DNA of 64,000 nt from an uncultured bacterium (GTDB lineage Bacteria > Patescibacteriota > Patescibacteriia > Patescibacteriales > UBA12465): assembly GCA_942492765.1 (NCBI GenBank), contig OW818634.1, positions 6,627-70,626 of the forward strand, read 5' to 3'. How positions within the stretch are numbered: the stretch's first letter is position 1; the number at the start of each line of letters is the position of its first letter. The position numbers were made by a program, and so were the translations under genes. Under the pieces are notes generated by a model, which saw nothing but the letters and a program-made list of their open reading frames with translations, searched no databases and was not told where the DNA came from. Below are positions 9,772 through 20,236 of this stretch, piece after piece.

Positions 9772-10953
9772 ATGAAAATAGGCATTGATGCCCGCTTCTA
9801 TGGCCCGATAGGGAAAGGTCTGGGCCGCTATACGCAAGAGGTGGTCGATAATATCATCAAGATAACGAGCACCGCCGAAGGTGAATCTTTCGAATACGTC
9901 ATCTTCTTGAGTCCCGGAAATTTCGATGAATTCGATTCTGGGCGTCTGGGCATCAAGAAAATCAAGCTTGATTGTCCTTGGTATGGCTGGAAAGAGCAGA
10001 TCTTGATGCCGTTTTATCTCTGGCGCGAAAAGCTGGATTTGATTCATTTTCCCCATTTCAATGTGCCGATACTCACGCCGGGGAAATTCGTCGTGACTAT
10101 CCATGATCTGATCTTGACCCATTTTCCGACCGTGCGGGCGACGACGCGCAGTCATTTTTTGTATTATCTTAAGAATTTCGCTTATCGTCTCGTCATCTTT
10201 TCCGCGCTGCGCCGCGCCCAGAAAGTCATCACCGTTTCTGAATTCACCAAGAAAGATATAGTCGATAAATTTGGTATCAAGCCGGAAAAGATCATAGTCA
10301 CCTATGAAGGCGTCGCTAATCTGGCTAAAGGGCGCGATTCCTTATTCGTTTCCAAGCTCGATAGCCAAGAGATATTGGCGCAATACCATATTCCGCAGAA
10401 TTTCTTGCTCTATGTCGGCAATGCTTATCCGCACAAGAACCTGGAGATATTGCTTCGGGTCTTCGGCCGCTTGCATGCCGAGCGCCATGATCTGCGCTTG
10501 GTGCTAGTCGGTAAGCCGGATTATTTTTATGAACGGGTCAAGGAGACGGCTCGAGCCCTGAACTTATGGCAGAAAGAGAATATCAATAGTCCGGTGATAT
10601 TTCCCGGCTATGTCCCGGACGCGCAGCTAGAAATATTATACGCGGAGGCGCGCGCTTATGTTTTCCCCTCGCTCTATGAAGGCTTCGGCTTGCCGCCCCT
10701 AGAGGCCATGGCTAAAGGCTGTCCGGTTCTTAGCTCTGATCGAGCTTCGCTGCCGGAAATTCTCGGAGCGGCCGCTGCTTATTTCGATCCGGAAGATGAA
10801 GAAGATATGGCCGCCAAGATAAAGGAAGTGCTGAGCGACGAGAAACTGCGCGCTGAGCTGATTGAACAGGGGTTGAAACAGGCGAAGAAATATAATTGGT
10901 GGGAGTGCGCTCGCGAGACCCTGGATGTCTATCGAGCCGCGCTGAAAAAATAA
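9772..10953 (+). CDS. Family 4 glycosyltransferase (GT-B, glycosyltransferase group 1)
   Basis: It carries the C-terminal EGFGLPPLEAMAKGCPV motif typical of GT4 (E-x7-E). Confidence 0.75.
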   Translation: MKIGIDARFYGPIGKGLGRYTQEVVDNIIKITSTAEGESFEYVIFLSPGNFDEFDSGRLGIKKIKLDCPWYGWKEQILMPFYLWREKLDLIHFPHFNVPILTPGKFVVTIHDLILTHFPTVRATTRSHFLYYLKNFAYRLVIFSALRRAQKVITVSEFTKKDIVDKFGIKPEKIIVTYEGVANLAKGRDSLFVSKLDSQEILAQYHIPQNFLLYVGNAYPHKNLEILLRVFGRLHAERHDLRLVLVGKPDYFYERVKETARALNLWQKENINSPVIFPGYVPDAQLEILYAEARAYVFPSLYEGFGLPPLEAMAKGCPVLSSDRASLPEILGAAAAYFDPEDEEDMAAKIKEVLSDEKLRAELIEQGLKQAKKYNWWECARETLDVYRAALKK

Positions 10954-10963
10954 GAATTTTTCA

Positions 10964-13507
10964 ATGGCTAATGACCAGAAGATACAAACGAATAACCCGG
11001 GCCTAGAGAGAGAGCGCTTCTCTAATTTTGTCGTAGATTTGCGCCGGATAGAGAAGCGGGCGGAAGCTGAAATCAAGAAAGAGGCCAAGATCAGCGCTGA
11101 CAAGGGAATGGAGATATTCAAGAAAGAGATGAAAGTCGCCAAGAAAAGATTCCAGATGATTCCGAACCTCTTGGCGCCCAGGAAGAGATATTCTTTTGCG
11201 CCCGCCCTAAGGAGCTTTTTCTCCGGTTGGCGCCTCTTTGCTTCCGACTGGCGTTTTTTCAAGAGTCGCCAGCCTGCTTGGATTGCGGAACTCGAAGCGC
11301 GCAAAGCGGCTTGGCAGAAGAATCTGCGCCTTAAGATCGGGCGCCTTAAGAGCGTAGCCCGAGATGGCGTTGCCAAAGACCGCCTGATAGCGATCGACAA
11401 AGCGGAAGCGCCCTGGTATCGCTCCGTCTTATATTTCTCCCTGATCCTCATCCTGATAATCTTGCCTTTCAAGATATTATCTGCGCTCGATATCCTTGAT
11501 TTTCAGAGCTTAGAAAACAGGATAATCAGCCGTTCTGAATTAGCCGTGAGCAGCTTGATGGCTGCGGCTGATTCCGTGTCCAAACTGGATATGAAAAGCG
11601 CTGATTCTGATTTTCAAGCGGCTGGAGCTAATTTTCTAGAAGCGCAGAATGATCTCAATAAGATCAATGATTCTATTTTGGCGCTCGCCTCTTTTTCGAG
11701 CGACCCCAAGATCAGACTGGCGGCGGAAAGCAAGAAGTTCTTAGCGGCGGGAGCGGCCGCCGCGTCTTTAGGTAGTAATCTAGTGCTCGCGACTGACAGC
11801 CTCTTCGCCGGCGATAAGGATGATTTCCGGTCTTCATTAGATAATTTTCTGGCTTATGGAAATTTAGCCGTGGCCGATGCCAAATCTTTGAAGAAGTCTA
11901 TAGCCAAGATAAATCCGGATAATCTCCCGGAAGCTTATCGGGCTAAGTTCGAATCTCTCAGCCAGCAGGCCGCTCTCTTATCGGATAATCTCGATAATTT
12001 CGTTTCTGCCGGCGCTAAGCTCAAGGAAGTTTTGGGATTAAGCCGAGATAAGAGATATTTATTAGTCTTTCAGAATAACGCGGAGATGCGCGCGAGCGGC
12101 GGCTTCTTGGGCAGTTATGCGCTCGTCGATATCAGGGGCGGTCGGATCAGCAATCTAGAAGTTCCCGGCGGCGGATCATATGATACTGAAGGCGGCATGA
12201 AAGTCCGGGTCGTCGCGCCTGAACCGCTTTGGCTAGTCAATCCTCTTTGGCATTTTTGGGATGCAAATTGGTGGCCGGACTGGCCGACAACAGCGAAGAA
12301 TCTCACCTGGTTCTATGAGAAGAGCGGCGGTCCGAGCGTAGACGGCGTTATCGGCGTCACGCCGACAGTGGTCGAGCGCTTATTGGAAATCACCGGTCCG
12401 ATCGATCTGCAGCAGGAATACGGCTTGACGATAGACAAGGATAATTTTTGGGAAACCGTCCAAAAGATTACTGAACAGAAGAACCTGGCTAAGACTCATC
12501 CGGAGGCCATCGTTGATATTCCGGCAACTTCGACAGCAGTGAAATCCGCCATCCCCTTAGAGCAGGACTTGGATAATAACGCCGGCAATAAGCCGAAGAA
12601 GATCATCGGCGACCTGCTGGCGAAGATATTGGAGACTCTGCCGCAGAAATTGGATCGGGATAATCTGATTAAGATAATCACCGTCTTCGAGGAGAATATG
12701 TCTGAGAAGCAGGTTTTGTTCTATTTTAGCGACCCGGCGCTTCAATCCGAATTCGCGAGCCGCAATTGGGCCGGAATCGTGCGTCCGACCGATAAGGATT
12801 ATCTGATGGTCGTCAATACGAATATCGCCGGTCAGAAATCGGATCGCTTGATGAGCGAGAAGATAGACTTGGCGAGCGAAGCTGGAACTGATGGTAGCGT
12901 CATCAATACTGTTACTATCACTCGGACCCATAACGGGCTGAAGAACGAAGCGCTGACCGGGGTGCGTAACGTCGATTGGATGCGCATCTATGTGCCGCAA
13001 GGCAGCGAACTTATCAGCGCGACTGGCTTTATCGCGCCAGACGCCAGGTATCTGCAAGAGAAGCCGGAGGCTGACTGGGAAAGGACGCCGCTCCTAGATA
13101 ATGAAGCGGCGGCAAAGACGGATAGCGCGACCGGCGTAAAGATTTATCAAGAGAATGGCAAGACTGTCTTCGCCAACTGGCTGATGGTCGATCCGGGGCA
13201 GACTGCGAGCGTAGTCATCAGCTATCGCCTGCCTTTCAATATCTTAAGCAAGAAAGCTGATGATAGCTGGCTGAAACGCTTGAATGGCTGGCTGGATGGG
13301 AATGCGCCTGACTTATTGCCTTATTCTCTCTTAGTGCAGAAGCAGCCAGGATCGCGTCCGAGCGAATTCACGAGCCGCCTGCGCTTGCCCGAAAATATAG
13401 GAGTCTTCTGGCGTTTCCCTGAAAACTTGGCTGGAAATAGCGGCTGGGAAATAAGCGCGCCCCTTGATGCTGACAAGTATTATTCGCTCCTCTTAGAAAA
13501 AAAATAA
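10964..13507 (+). CDS. Large DUF4012-like envelope protein (847 aa) with an N-terminal membrane anchor
   Basis: The block QNNAEMRASGGFLGSYA...VTPTVVERLLEITGPI resembles DUF4012, and there is a TM segment near residue 160. Confidence 0.5.
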   Translation: MANDQKIQTNNPGLERERFSNFVVDLRRIEKRAEAEIKKEAKISADKGMEIFKKEMKVAKKRFQMIPNLLAPRKRYSFAPALRSFFSGWRLFASDWRFFKSRQPAWIAELEARKAAWQKNLRLKIGRLKSVARDGVAKDRLIAIDKAEAPWYRSVLYFSLILILIILPFKILSALDILDFQSLENRIISRSELAVSSLMAAADSVSKLDMKSADSDFQAAGANFLEAQNDLNKINDSILALASFSSDPKIRLAAESKKFLAAGAAAASLGSNLVLATDSLFAGDKDDFRSSLDNFLAYGNLAVADAKSLKKSIAKINPDNLPEAYRAKFESLSQQAALLSDNLDNFVSAGAKLKEVLGLSRDKRYLLVFQNNAEMRASGGFLGSYALVDIRGGRISNLEVPGGGSYDTEGGMKVRVVAPEPLWLVNPLWHFWDANWWPDWPTTAKNLTWFYEKSGGPSVDGVIGVTPTVVERLLEITGPIDLQQEYGLTIDKDNFWETVQKITEQKNLAKTHPEAIVDIPATSTAVKSAIPLEQDLDNNAGNKPKKIIGDLLAKILETLPQKLDRDNLIKIITVFEENMSEKQVLFYFSDPALQSEFASRNWAGIVRPTDKDYLMVVNTNIAGQKSDRLMSEKIDLASEAGTDGSVINTVTITRTHNGLKNEALTGVRNVDWMRIYVPQGSELISATGFIAPDARYLQEKPEADWERTPLLDNEAAAKTDSATGVKIYQENGKTVFANWLMVDPGQTASVVISYRLPFNILSKKADDSWLKRLNGWLDGNAPDLLPYSLLVQKQPGSRPSEFTSRLRLPENIGVFWRFPENLAGNSGWEISAPLDADKYYSLLLEKK

Positions 13508-13528
13508 ATAAATTTTAATACATATAGT

Positions 13529-15538
13529 ATGCCTGAAGAGAAAAAAATAAAAAGAATCTTGAAGGTCGGCCGGGATGAAGAGTCCAGTCTGTCTTCATTC
13601 GTCGAAAGACCCGTGCCGACAGAGAAAGAGGTCGCCACTTTCGAACGTGTCGTTGGACGCGAAGTGCGTGAAGCCGAAATAGACTCCAACCTCTCGGAAA
13701 TATATCGCGATAAGAAAGGCGGGAAAGTCGACGTCAAGAGGATGAGTATCAAGAAGCGTCCGAATTTTTTCGTTAGGCTCCTGAAGAAGCTGATTCTCCT
13801 CGGCCTGCTCGGCGCGGCCGCTTATTTCGCTTATTCGTATTGGCTATCTAACGGCAATGACGTGAATGGCCTGGATTTCAAGATCGCCGCTCCGGAAAAT
13901 ATCCTGGCCGGAGAAGAATTCTCGTATAAGGTGACTTATCATAATCCGACTAAATATATCCTGTCGCACGCGCGCCTGGAGATCCAGTATCCAGAAAATT
14001 TCGTCTTTAGCTCGGCTTCCGTCTCTCCTAATAGCGGCAATTATGGCTGGGATATCGCTGATATGGATCCGGGCGCGACCGGGTCGCTAACAATAGTCGG
14101 CCGCCTTATTAATCAGCCGGATTCCGCCAATGTCGTTGTCGGCTACCTCAGCTATCTCCCCGGCACATTATCCAGCCAATTCAAGAAAGAAGCTTCCGCT
14201 TCGACTATCGTCAGCGGCTTAGGCTTCAATGTCGACCTTAATTATTCCAATACGGCTTTCATCAATCAAGACAATGAGATTTCTCTTGTCTTATCCGATG
14301 TCCAAGATAATTATCTCGGCGATTTTAATATTTCTTTCACTCTACCAGTGGAAGCGAATGCTTCAGTAGTCAGCGCTAGCGGCAGCCAAGCGACGACGAC
14401 CGCCTCTTCTACTATTCCCGCCGGCACTTCGACAAAAATAATCGTCTCTAAATCCGGCGGTGCCAGCTGGCAGATCGGGAATCTCTTGCAAGCTTCCGGC
14501 CGCCAAGAAGTGCCTTTGACCTATAAGATCAAGCAGAAGTCGGATAATCTGGAGATAAAAGTAAGGCTAGAGAAGAAATTGGAGAACGGCGAGTCCTTCA
14601 TCTTCTGGGAAAAATCATTCAAGCCGGAATTGATTTCTAGCGATCTGAACCTGACCATGATCTTAAACGGCTCAAAGAGCGACGGCGCTCTGACTTTCGG
14701 CCAGCCGCTGCATTATTCGCTCGCCTATTCTAACCGCGGCAGCGCTTCTTATAAGGATGTCGTGATCATGGCGGCGCTGGGTAGCGAATTCTTGAATTGG
14801 AATTCTCTTGTCGACGAGAAGAAGGGCGAAGTCAGGAATAATACCATCATCTGGACTAAGAACGAGATCCCCGGATTGGCTGAAGTCAAGCCGGGCGACG
14901 AAGGCACTATCGATTTCAGCCTTAACTTATCCGCTTTCAAGGATAGCGACCAAGGCAAGGATATGAGCGTGGTCTCTTACGGGCAATACAGCATGAATAA
15001 TAAGGCAGTCAAGAATGACGAGAATAAGAGCAATACTATCACTAGCAAGATCAATAGCGACTTGTCGCTGAGCGAAACCATCCTTTATTTCAATAGCGAT
15101 AATATGCCGGTCGGTTCCGGCCCCTTGCCGCCTAAGGTCGGAGAGAAGACTAGCGTCAAGGTTTACTGGACGGTGAAGAATAATCTTCATGAGCTTACCG
15201 ACGCGCGCGTAGCCCTGGTCTTGCCGAGTTATGTGGCCTGGGATAATAATAACAGCACGAATGTCGGCAATATCTATTATGATAATGCGACGCGCCAAGT
15301 GATCTGGGAAATCGGCCGCTTGCCGGTCTCGGTTTATCGCGTGGACGCGGAGTTCGGAATCAGCCTGACGCCGTCAGAGAGCGACCGCAATAAGATATTG
15401 GTCTTATCTCCGGGCGCGACCGTTAGCGCGACCGATACGGAAACCAAGGAGACTATCGTCAAGAAGGCTGATCCTAAGACAACTAAATTAGAAGACGATG
15501 ACATCGCCGGCTTGAATAATTCCGGGCGGGTAGAATAA
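13529..15538 (+). CDS. Membrane-anchored surface protein (669 aa) with repeated beta-rich (DUF11-like) domains
   Basis: An N-terminal cytoplasmic segment, then one TM helix (LILLGLLGAAAYFAY), then about 570 aa of Ser/Thr/Asn-rich repetitive extracellular sequence. Confidence 0.45.
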   Translation: MPEEKKIKRILKVGRDEESSLSSFVERPVPTEKEVATFERVVGREVREAEIDSNLSEIYRDKKGGKVDVKRMSIKKRPNFFVRLLKKLILLGLLGAAAYFAYSYWLSNGNDVNGLDFKIAAPENILAGEEFSYKVTYHNPTKYILSHARLEIQYPENFVFSSASVSPNSGNYGWDIADMDPGATGSLTIVGRLINQPDSANVVVGYLSYLPGTLSSQFKKEASASTIVSGLGFNVDLNYSNTAFINQDNEISLVLSDVQDNYLGDFNISFTLPVEANASVVSASGSQATTTASSTIPAGTSTKIIVSKSGGASWQIGNLLQASGRQEVPLTYKIKQKSDNLEIKVRLEKKLENGESFIFWEKSFKPELISSDLNLTMILNGSKSDGALTFGQPLHYSLAYSNRGSASYKDVVIMAALGSEFLNWNSLVDEKKGEVRNNTIIWTKNEIPGLAEVKPGDEGTIDFSLNLSAFKDSDQGKDMSVVSYGQYSMNNKAVKNDENKSNTITSKINSDLSLSETILYFNSDNMPVGSGPLPPKVGEKTSVKVYWTVKNNLHELTDARVALVLPSYVAWDNNNSTNVGNIYYDNATRQVIWEIGRLPVSVYRVDAEFGISLTPSESDRNKILVLSPGATVSATDTETKETIVKKADPKTTKLEDDDIAGLNNSGRVE

Positions 15539-15544
15539 TAAATT

Positions 15545-16654
15545 ATGTTCAAGATAACTAAGACATCGAAATCAGGACTCCGCCGCGGTCTCCTGAAAAC
15601 TGCCCATGGCTCGCTCAGCACGCCTTTTTATATGCCGGATGCGACGCGCGGCTTTGTTAAGCTGACCGACAACGCAGCGGTAGCGCGCACTAAGACGAAG
15701 GCGCTCGTAGTCAATACTTTCCATCTTTATCTCCAACCGGGATTAAAAGTGATCGAGAAGGCCGGCGGTATCCATAAATTCATGGATTGGTCCGGGCCGC
15801 TCTTATCAGATTCCGGCGGCTTCCAAGTCTTTTCGCTTATTCACAAGAATAAACAGATGGGTAAGATTACGGATGATAAAGTTATTTTCCGTTCTCCTTT
15901 GGATGGCTCTAAGCATGAGCTCACTCCGGAAAAATCCATCCAGATCCAATTCGCTCTCGGCACGGATATGATCGTCTGTCTTGATGATTGCCCGCCGAAT
16001 GATTTTTCCCGTCCTGATTTAGAGAAAGCTGTCGAGCGCACTATCGCTTGGGCGAAACGCTGCAAGATAGAATTTGCCAAGCAAGTCAAGAAAAGAAAGC
16101 TGAGCGGCGTGAAGCGTCCGCTTCTTTTCGCGGTCATCCAGGGCGGCGCGGAAATAGACTTGCGCGCCCATTGCGCCGAGGAATTAGTGAAGATCGGCTT
16201 TGACGGCTACGGCTTCGGCGCGCGTCCAGTCGATAAGGAAGGGAAGTTCTTGGGCGAAGTCTTGGCGGCGACTGCTGATTTCATACCGACCGGCGCTTTG
16301 CGTTTCGCCCTCGGCATCGGCACGCCAGAAGATATCTATCGCTGCGCCCTGATGGGCTGGGATATGTTCGATTGCGTCATTCCGACGCGAGAAGGCCGGC
16401 ATGGAAAATTATTCTTAGCGAAGAAATTCCCTAAATACGAGAATATCAATATCAACAATGCTAGATTCGCGACCGATTTCAGGCCGATCAATAAGAATAG
16501 CCGCTTGCCGGAGATTAAGCGCAATTCTCGTGCCTATCTCCATCATCTCTTCCGCCTGAACGAGCCGCTAGGTCACAAGCTCGCCAGCCTCAATAATCTC
16601 GAATTCTATCAGAAGTTTATCGATGATTTATCTGAAATCAAGGGAAAGAAATAG
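15545..16654 (+). CDS. tgt: tRNA-guanine transglycosylase (queuine tRNA-ribosyltransferase)
   Basis: It has the N-terminal TPFYMPDATRGFVK motif and a zinc-site region CVIPTREGRHG. Confidence 0.8.
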   Translation: MFKITKTSKSGLRRGLLKTAHGSLSTPFYMPDATRGFVKLTDNAAVARTKTKALVVNTFHLYLQPGLKVIEKAGGIHKFMDWSGPLLSDSGGFQVFSLIHKNKQMGKITDDKVIFRSPLDGSKHELTPEKSIQIQFALGTDMIVCLDDCPPNDFSRPDLEKAVERTIAWAKRCKIEFAKQVKKRKLSGVKRPLLFAVIQGGAEIDLRAHCAEELVKIGFDGYGFGARPVDKEGKFLGEVLAATADFIPTGALRFALGIGTPEDIYRCALMGWDMFDCVIPTREGRHGKLFLAKKFPKYENININNARFATDFRPINKNSRLPEIKRNSRAYLHHLFRLNEPLGHKLASLNNLEFYQKFIDDLSEIKGKK

Positions 16655-16661
16655 CCAGGCA

Positions 16662-16690
16662 TTGGCAAAATCCTGATTTTCCCTTATACT
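16662..16690 (+). promoter_or_regulatory. Sigma-70-like promoter upstream of pyk (ttggca, 17 nt spacer, tatact)
   Basis: Hexamers and spacing read from the sequence. Confidence 0.45.
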
Positions 16691-16717
16691 ACCTTAGTAA
16701 TTATTAATTCTAAAGCT

Positions 16718-17749
16718 ATGATGATGACCAAAATTATCGCCACTATCGGGCCGAAATCCGAAGCTCCGGACAAGCTTTTAGCGCTAATTGAAGCCGGCGT
16801 CGATATTATCCGCATAAATTTTTCTCATGCTACCTATGAGCAGTATAAGCGGATCAAGAAATTAATCGACGACTTCAACAAGACATCGGAGCGCAAAATC
16901 AGAATACTGTTGGATCTTCAGGGTCCGCGTATCCGCGTCGGCCAGATGCCGGAAGGGGGCATTATTCTGAAAGATGGCGAAAAATATGATTTTACCTATT
17001 CGAAGCTGCCTTATAAGAAGGGCGGCGTGATTCCGATTGATAATGCGGACCTCTGCCGTGACATTAAGAAGAATCAGCCGCTGTATCTTTGCAATGGCGA
17101 GATTGAACTGATCGTCAAAGAGGTTAAGGGTAAAGTCATCAAGGCCGAAGTTTTGCACGGCGGCTTGCTCAGTTCGCGCAAGGGCATCAATGTGCCGCAT
17201 ACTAATATGAAGAAGGGCGGCCTGACTCCTAAGGATATCCAGGATCTGAAGTTCGGCTTGAAAGCCGGGACTGATTTTGTCGGCCTGTCTTTCGTCCAGA
17301 CTGCAAGCGATGTCTTGAAATTGCGCCGTCTTATCGGCAAGTATAAGGAGGTGAAGATTGTTTCTAAGATTGAGCGCGCTATCGCTCTTAAGAATATCGA
17401 TAAGATCATCATCGCTTCCGATATCATCATGATCGCGCGCGGCGATCTCGGTATCGAGACCCCGATCGAAGAGTTGCCGATAGTCCAAAAGAATCTTATC
17501 CGTCACGCTCATTGGCATCAGACTCCGGCGATTATCGCGACTCAAGTCATGACCTCCATGATTAAGAATCAGTCTCCGACTCGCGCCGAAATTTCTGATA
17601 TCGCTAACGCGGTCCTCGATGGCGGCGATATCATCATGCTTTCTGACGAAACGGCTGTCGGTGATCATGGCTTAGCGGCCGTCAAGATGCTGAGGAAAGT
17701 GATAGTGAGGACAGAGCGCTATATCAATCGCGACTGTATCGTCTGCTAA
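16718..17749 (+). CDS. pyk: Pyruvate kinase, short form lacking the C-terminal allosteric domain (343 aa)
   Basis: [32 protein letters not shown] and [10 protein letters not shown] motifs are present. The gene ends about 120 aa short of typical PykF. Confidence 0.8.
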   Translation: MMMTKIIATIGPKSEAPDKLLALIEAGVDIIRINFSHATYEQYKRIKKLIDDFNKTSERKIRILLDLQGPRIRVGQMPEGGIILKDGEKYDFTYSKLPYKKGGVIPIDNADLCRDIKKNQPLYLCNGEIELIVKEVKGKVIKAEVLHGGLLSSRKGINVPHTNMKKGGLTPKDIQDLKFGLKAGTDFVGLSFVQTASDVLKLRRLIGKYKEVKIVSKIERAIALKNIDKIIIASDIIMIARGDLGIETPIEELPIVQKNLIRHAHWHQTPAIIATQVMTSMIKNQSPTRAEISDIANAVLDGGDIIMLSDETAVGDHGLAAVKMLRKVIVRTERYINRDCIVC

Positions 17750-17760
17750 TCAATAAAAAT

Positions 17761-19050
17761 ATGAAAATCAAAGACATCAAAGCCTTAGAAATATTAGATT
17801 CTCGCGGGAATCCGACCGTTTCGGCGACCGTAATCCTAGATAACGGCGTCACGGGAACAGCTATGGTTCCGAGCGGCGCTTCGACCGGCAGCCATGAGGC
17901 GGTCGAGTTGCGCGATGGCGACAAGAATCGCTATAACGGTCTCGGCGTCCTGACTGCCGTCAAGAATATTGAAGCCAAGATCAAGCCAGCGCTCGTCGGG
18001 CACGATCCAGAAGATCAGGCAGGCTTGGATAATATCATGATCAAGCTGGATGGCACTGAGAATAAGGCGAAACTGGGCGCGAATGCGATTCTGGCAGTCT
18101 CTCTGGCGGCGGCGCGCGCGGCGGCTAACGGCTTGAATAAACCCTTATATGAATATCTGACTAAATTCAATCCCGATTTTAGCGGCCAATATGAGATGCC
18201 AGTGCCGATGATGAATGTGCTTAATGGCGGCAAGCATGCGAATTGGGCGACCGATATCCAGGAATATATGATTCTGCCGATAGGCGCCAAGACTATCGCC
18301 GGCGCGATTCGGATTTGTGCGGAGATATATCAAGCGCTTAAGAAAGTCTTGAAGGATCGCGGCTATAATATCACGGTTGGCGACGAAGGCGGCTTTGCTC
18401 CGGCAGTCGCGAGCAACGAAGAGACTTTCATCTTATTGGCGGACGCGGTGCGCGCAGCCGGATATTCCGTGGGCGAAGATGTCGTCTTCGGCATCGATGC
18501 GGCGGCGACCGAATTCTATTCTGACGGCGCCTATGACCTGAAGAAAGAAGGGAAGACTCTCAGCGGCTCCGAACTCATCGATTTTTATAGCGACCTGCAG
18601 ACCAAATATCCGATTCATTCTTTCGAGGACGTCTTTGCGGAAGATGATTGGGCGTCATTTAAGGAATTCACTGCGGCTAATAAGAATCTAGTCCAGGTCG
18701 TCGGTGACGATCTTTATGTGACGAACGTAAAAAGATTAGAAAAGGGCATCGCGGATAAATCTTCTAACTCTATCCTGATAAAGCTCAACCAGATCGGAAC
18801 TTTGACGGAAACGGTCGAAGCGGTCCTGTTAGCCCGCCAGCATAATATGACCTCAGTCATCTCGCATCGCAGCGGCGAGACTGAAGATGCTTTCATCGCC
18901 GATCTCGTCGTCGCTCTCGGCGCCGGACAGATCAAGACCGGCGCGCCGGCGCGCAGTGAGCGGACAGCCAAGTACAATCGTTTGCTGGAAATCGAGGCGG
19001 AACTAGGAAAGAAGGCAGTTTACGCACGCTTCCCGTTCGCCGGAAAATAA
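17761..19050 (+). CDS. eno: Enolase (phosphopyruvate hydratase)
   Basis: It has the N-terminal [10 protein letters not shown] motif and a SHRSGETED motif. Confidence 0.9.
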   Translation: MKIKDIKALEILDSRGNPTVSATVILDNGVTGTAMVPSGASTGSHEAVELRDGDKNRYNGLGVLTAVKNIEAKIKPALVGHDPEDQAGLDNIMIKLDGTENKAKLGANAILAVSLAAARAAANGLNKPLYEYLTKFNPDFSGQYEMPVPMMNVLNGGKHANWATDIQEYMILPIGAKTIAGAIRICAEIYQALKKVLKDRGYNITVGDEGGFAPAVASNEETFILLADAVRAAGYSVGEDVVFGIDAAATEFYSDGAYDLKKEGKTLSGSELIDFYSDLQTKYPIHSFEDVFAEDDWASFKEFTAANKNLVQVVGDDLYVTNVKRLEKGIADKSSNSILIKLNQIGTLTETVEAVLLARQHNMTSVISHRSGETEDAFIADLVVALGAGQIKTGAPARSERTAKYNRLLEIEAELGKKAVYARFPFAGK

Positions 19051-19064
19051 GCCTGTTAATATTC

Positions 19065-19090
19065 AGCCGCCCCTTTTCGGGCGGCTTAAA
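19065..19090 (+). terminator. Probable terminator hairpin (agccgccc/gggcggct) after eno
   Basis: An 8-bp GC-rich inverted repeat with a weak downstream U-tract. Confidence 0.45.
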
Positions 19091-19095
19091 ATTAT

Positions 19096-20205
19096 ATGAT
19101 GCAATTTATCTTTTTCGGAGTCTCTATCATAGTTCTCCTATTGGGGCACACTCTCTTGTGGTATGTCCTGGTAAAATTCTTTCATCTCATTTCTCTACAA
19201 TCACAGATTAGCGTCGCGCTCATCATCCTCTTTCTCTTATTCAGCGCTATCTTATCCTCTTATCTCATCCATAAATGGGATAATCTTTTCACGCGCTGGT
19301 ATTATATGTTTTCCGGCTTCTGGATCGGACTGTTCGTCAATCTGCTCTTAGTGGCTATATTCATATTAGCGCTGAAGTTCGCAGCCGCTTATCTAGGCTG
19401 GCCGATTCCTGAAGCCGTTCTGAAGATAGGCTTGTTCGCGCTCAGTCTATTGATTTCTATTATCGGCGTCTATCGCGCTGTCGCGCCGCATGTCGTCGAA
19501 TACGAAGTGAAGATCAAAGATCTCCCGGATGCTTGGGACGGCAAGGTTATAGTCCAGATTTCCGACGTCCATCTCGGCCCGGTCTATCGCCAGAATTCCT
19601 TCTATCGCCTCTTGGCAAAAGTGAATGGCCTGAAGCCCGAAGCCGTCTTCATCACCGGCGACCTGTTCGACGGCATGGAATCTGATTTTTCCTGGCTGAA
19701 TCATCCGCTTAATCGCCTTGAAGCGCCGAAAGGAGTCTATTACGGTTTTGGTAATCATGACCTCTATCTCGGTTTTGACCGCGTCGTCAATCTCCTGAAA
19801 GGCAATAATATTTCTATTCTTGATAACCGTTTAGAAACCGTGGACGGTCTTCAGTTCATCGGCATAAATTATTCCTTTGATAATGATTTCAACCTAGAGA
19901 AATCTATTCTAGACCAGTCGGGCTATAGCGAAAAATTGCCCAGCATCCTGCTATTTCACGCGCCGAAGAACGTGCCGCTCGCGAAAAGCGCCGGTATCGA
20001 CTTGCAATTATCCGGCCATACTCATGACGGCCAGATCTGGCCTTTCAATTTCGTCGCCAAGTGGGCGCATCAGGGCTATGGCTATGGCTTATTTACGGAA
20101 GGTGATTTCAATCTAGTCGTTTCTAGCGGCGCCGGCTCTTGGGGGCCGCCGATGCGCACGGCCGCTCGGAGCGAAGTCGTCAAGATAATCCTTAAGAAAA
20201 AATAA
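19096..20205 (+). CDS. Membrane-anchored metallophosphoesterase (calcineurin-like phosphatase)
   Basis: GDLFDG and GNHD motifs are present, with N-terminal TM helices. Confidence 0.7.
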   Translation: MMQFIFFGVSIIVLLLGHTLLWYVLVKFFHLISLQSQISVALIILFLLFSAILSSYLIHKWDNLFTRWYYMFSGFWIGLFVNLLLVAIFILALKFAAAYLGWPIPEAVLKIGLFALSLLISIIGVYRAVAPHVVEYEVKIKDLPDAWDGKVIVQISDVHLGPVYRQNSFYRLLAKVNGLKPEAVFITGDLFDGMESDFSWLNHPLNRLEAPKGVYYGFGNHDLYLGFDRVVNLLKGNNISILDNRLETVDGLQFIGINYSFDNDFNLEKSILDQSGYSEKLPSILLFHAPKNVPLAKSAGIDLQLSGHTHDGQIWPFNFVAKWAHQGYGYGLFTEGDFNLVVSSGAGSWGPPMRTAARSEVVKIILKKK

Positions 20206-20236
20206 TCCCGATTAGAGATTAATAAACAGAAATTAT

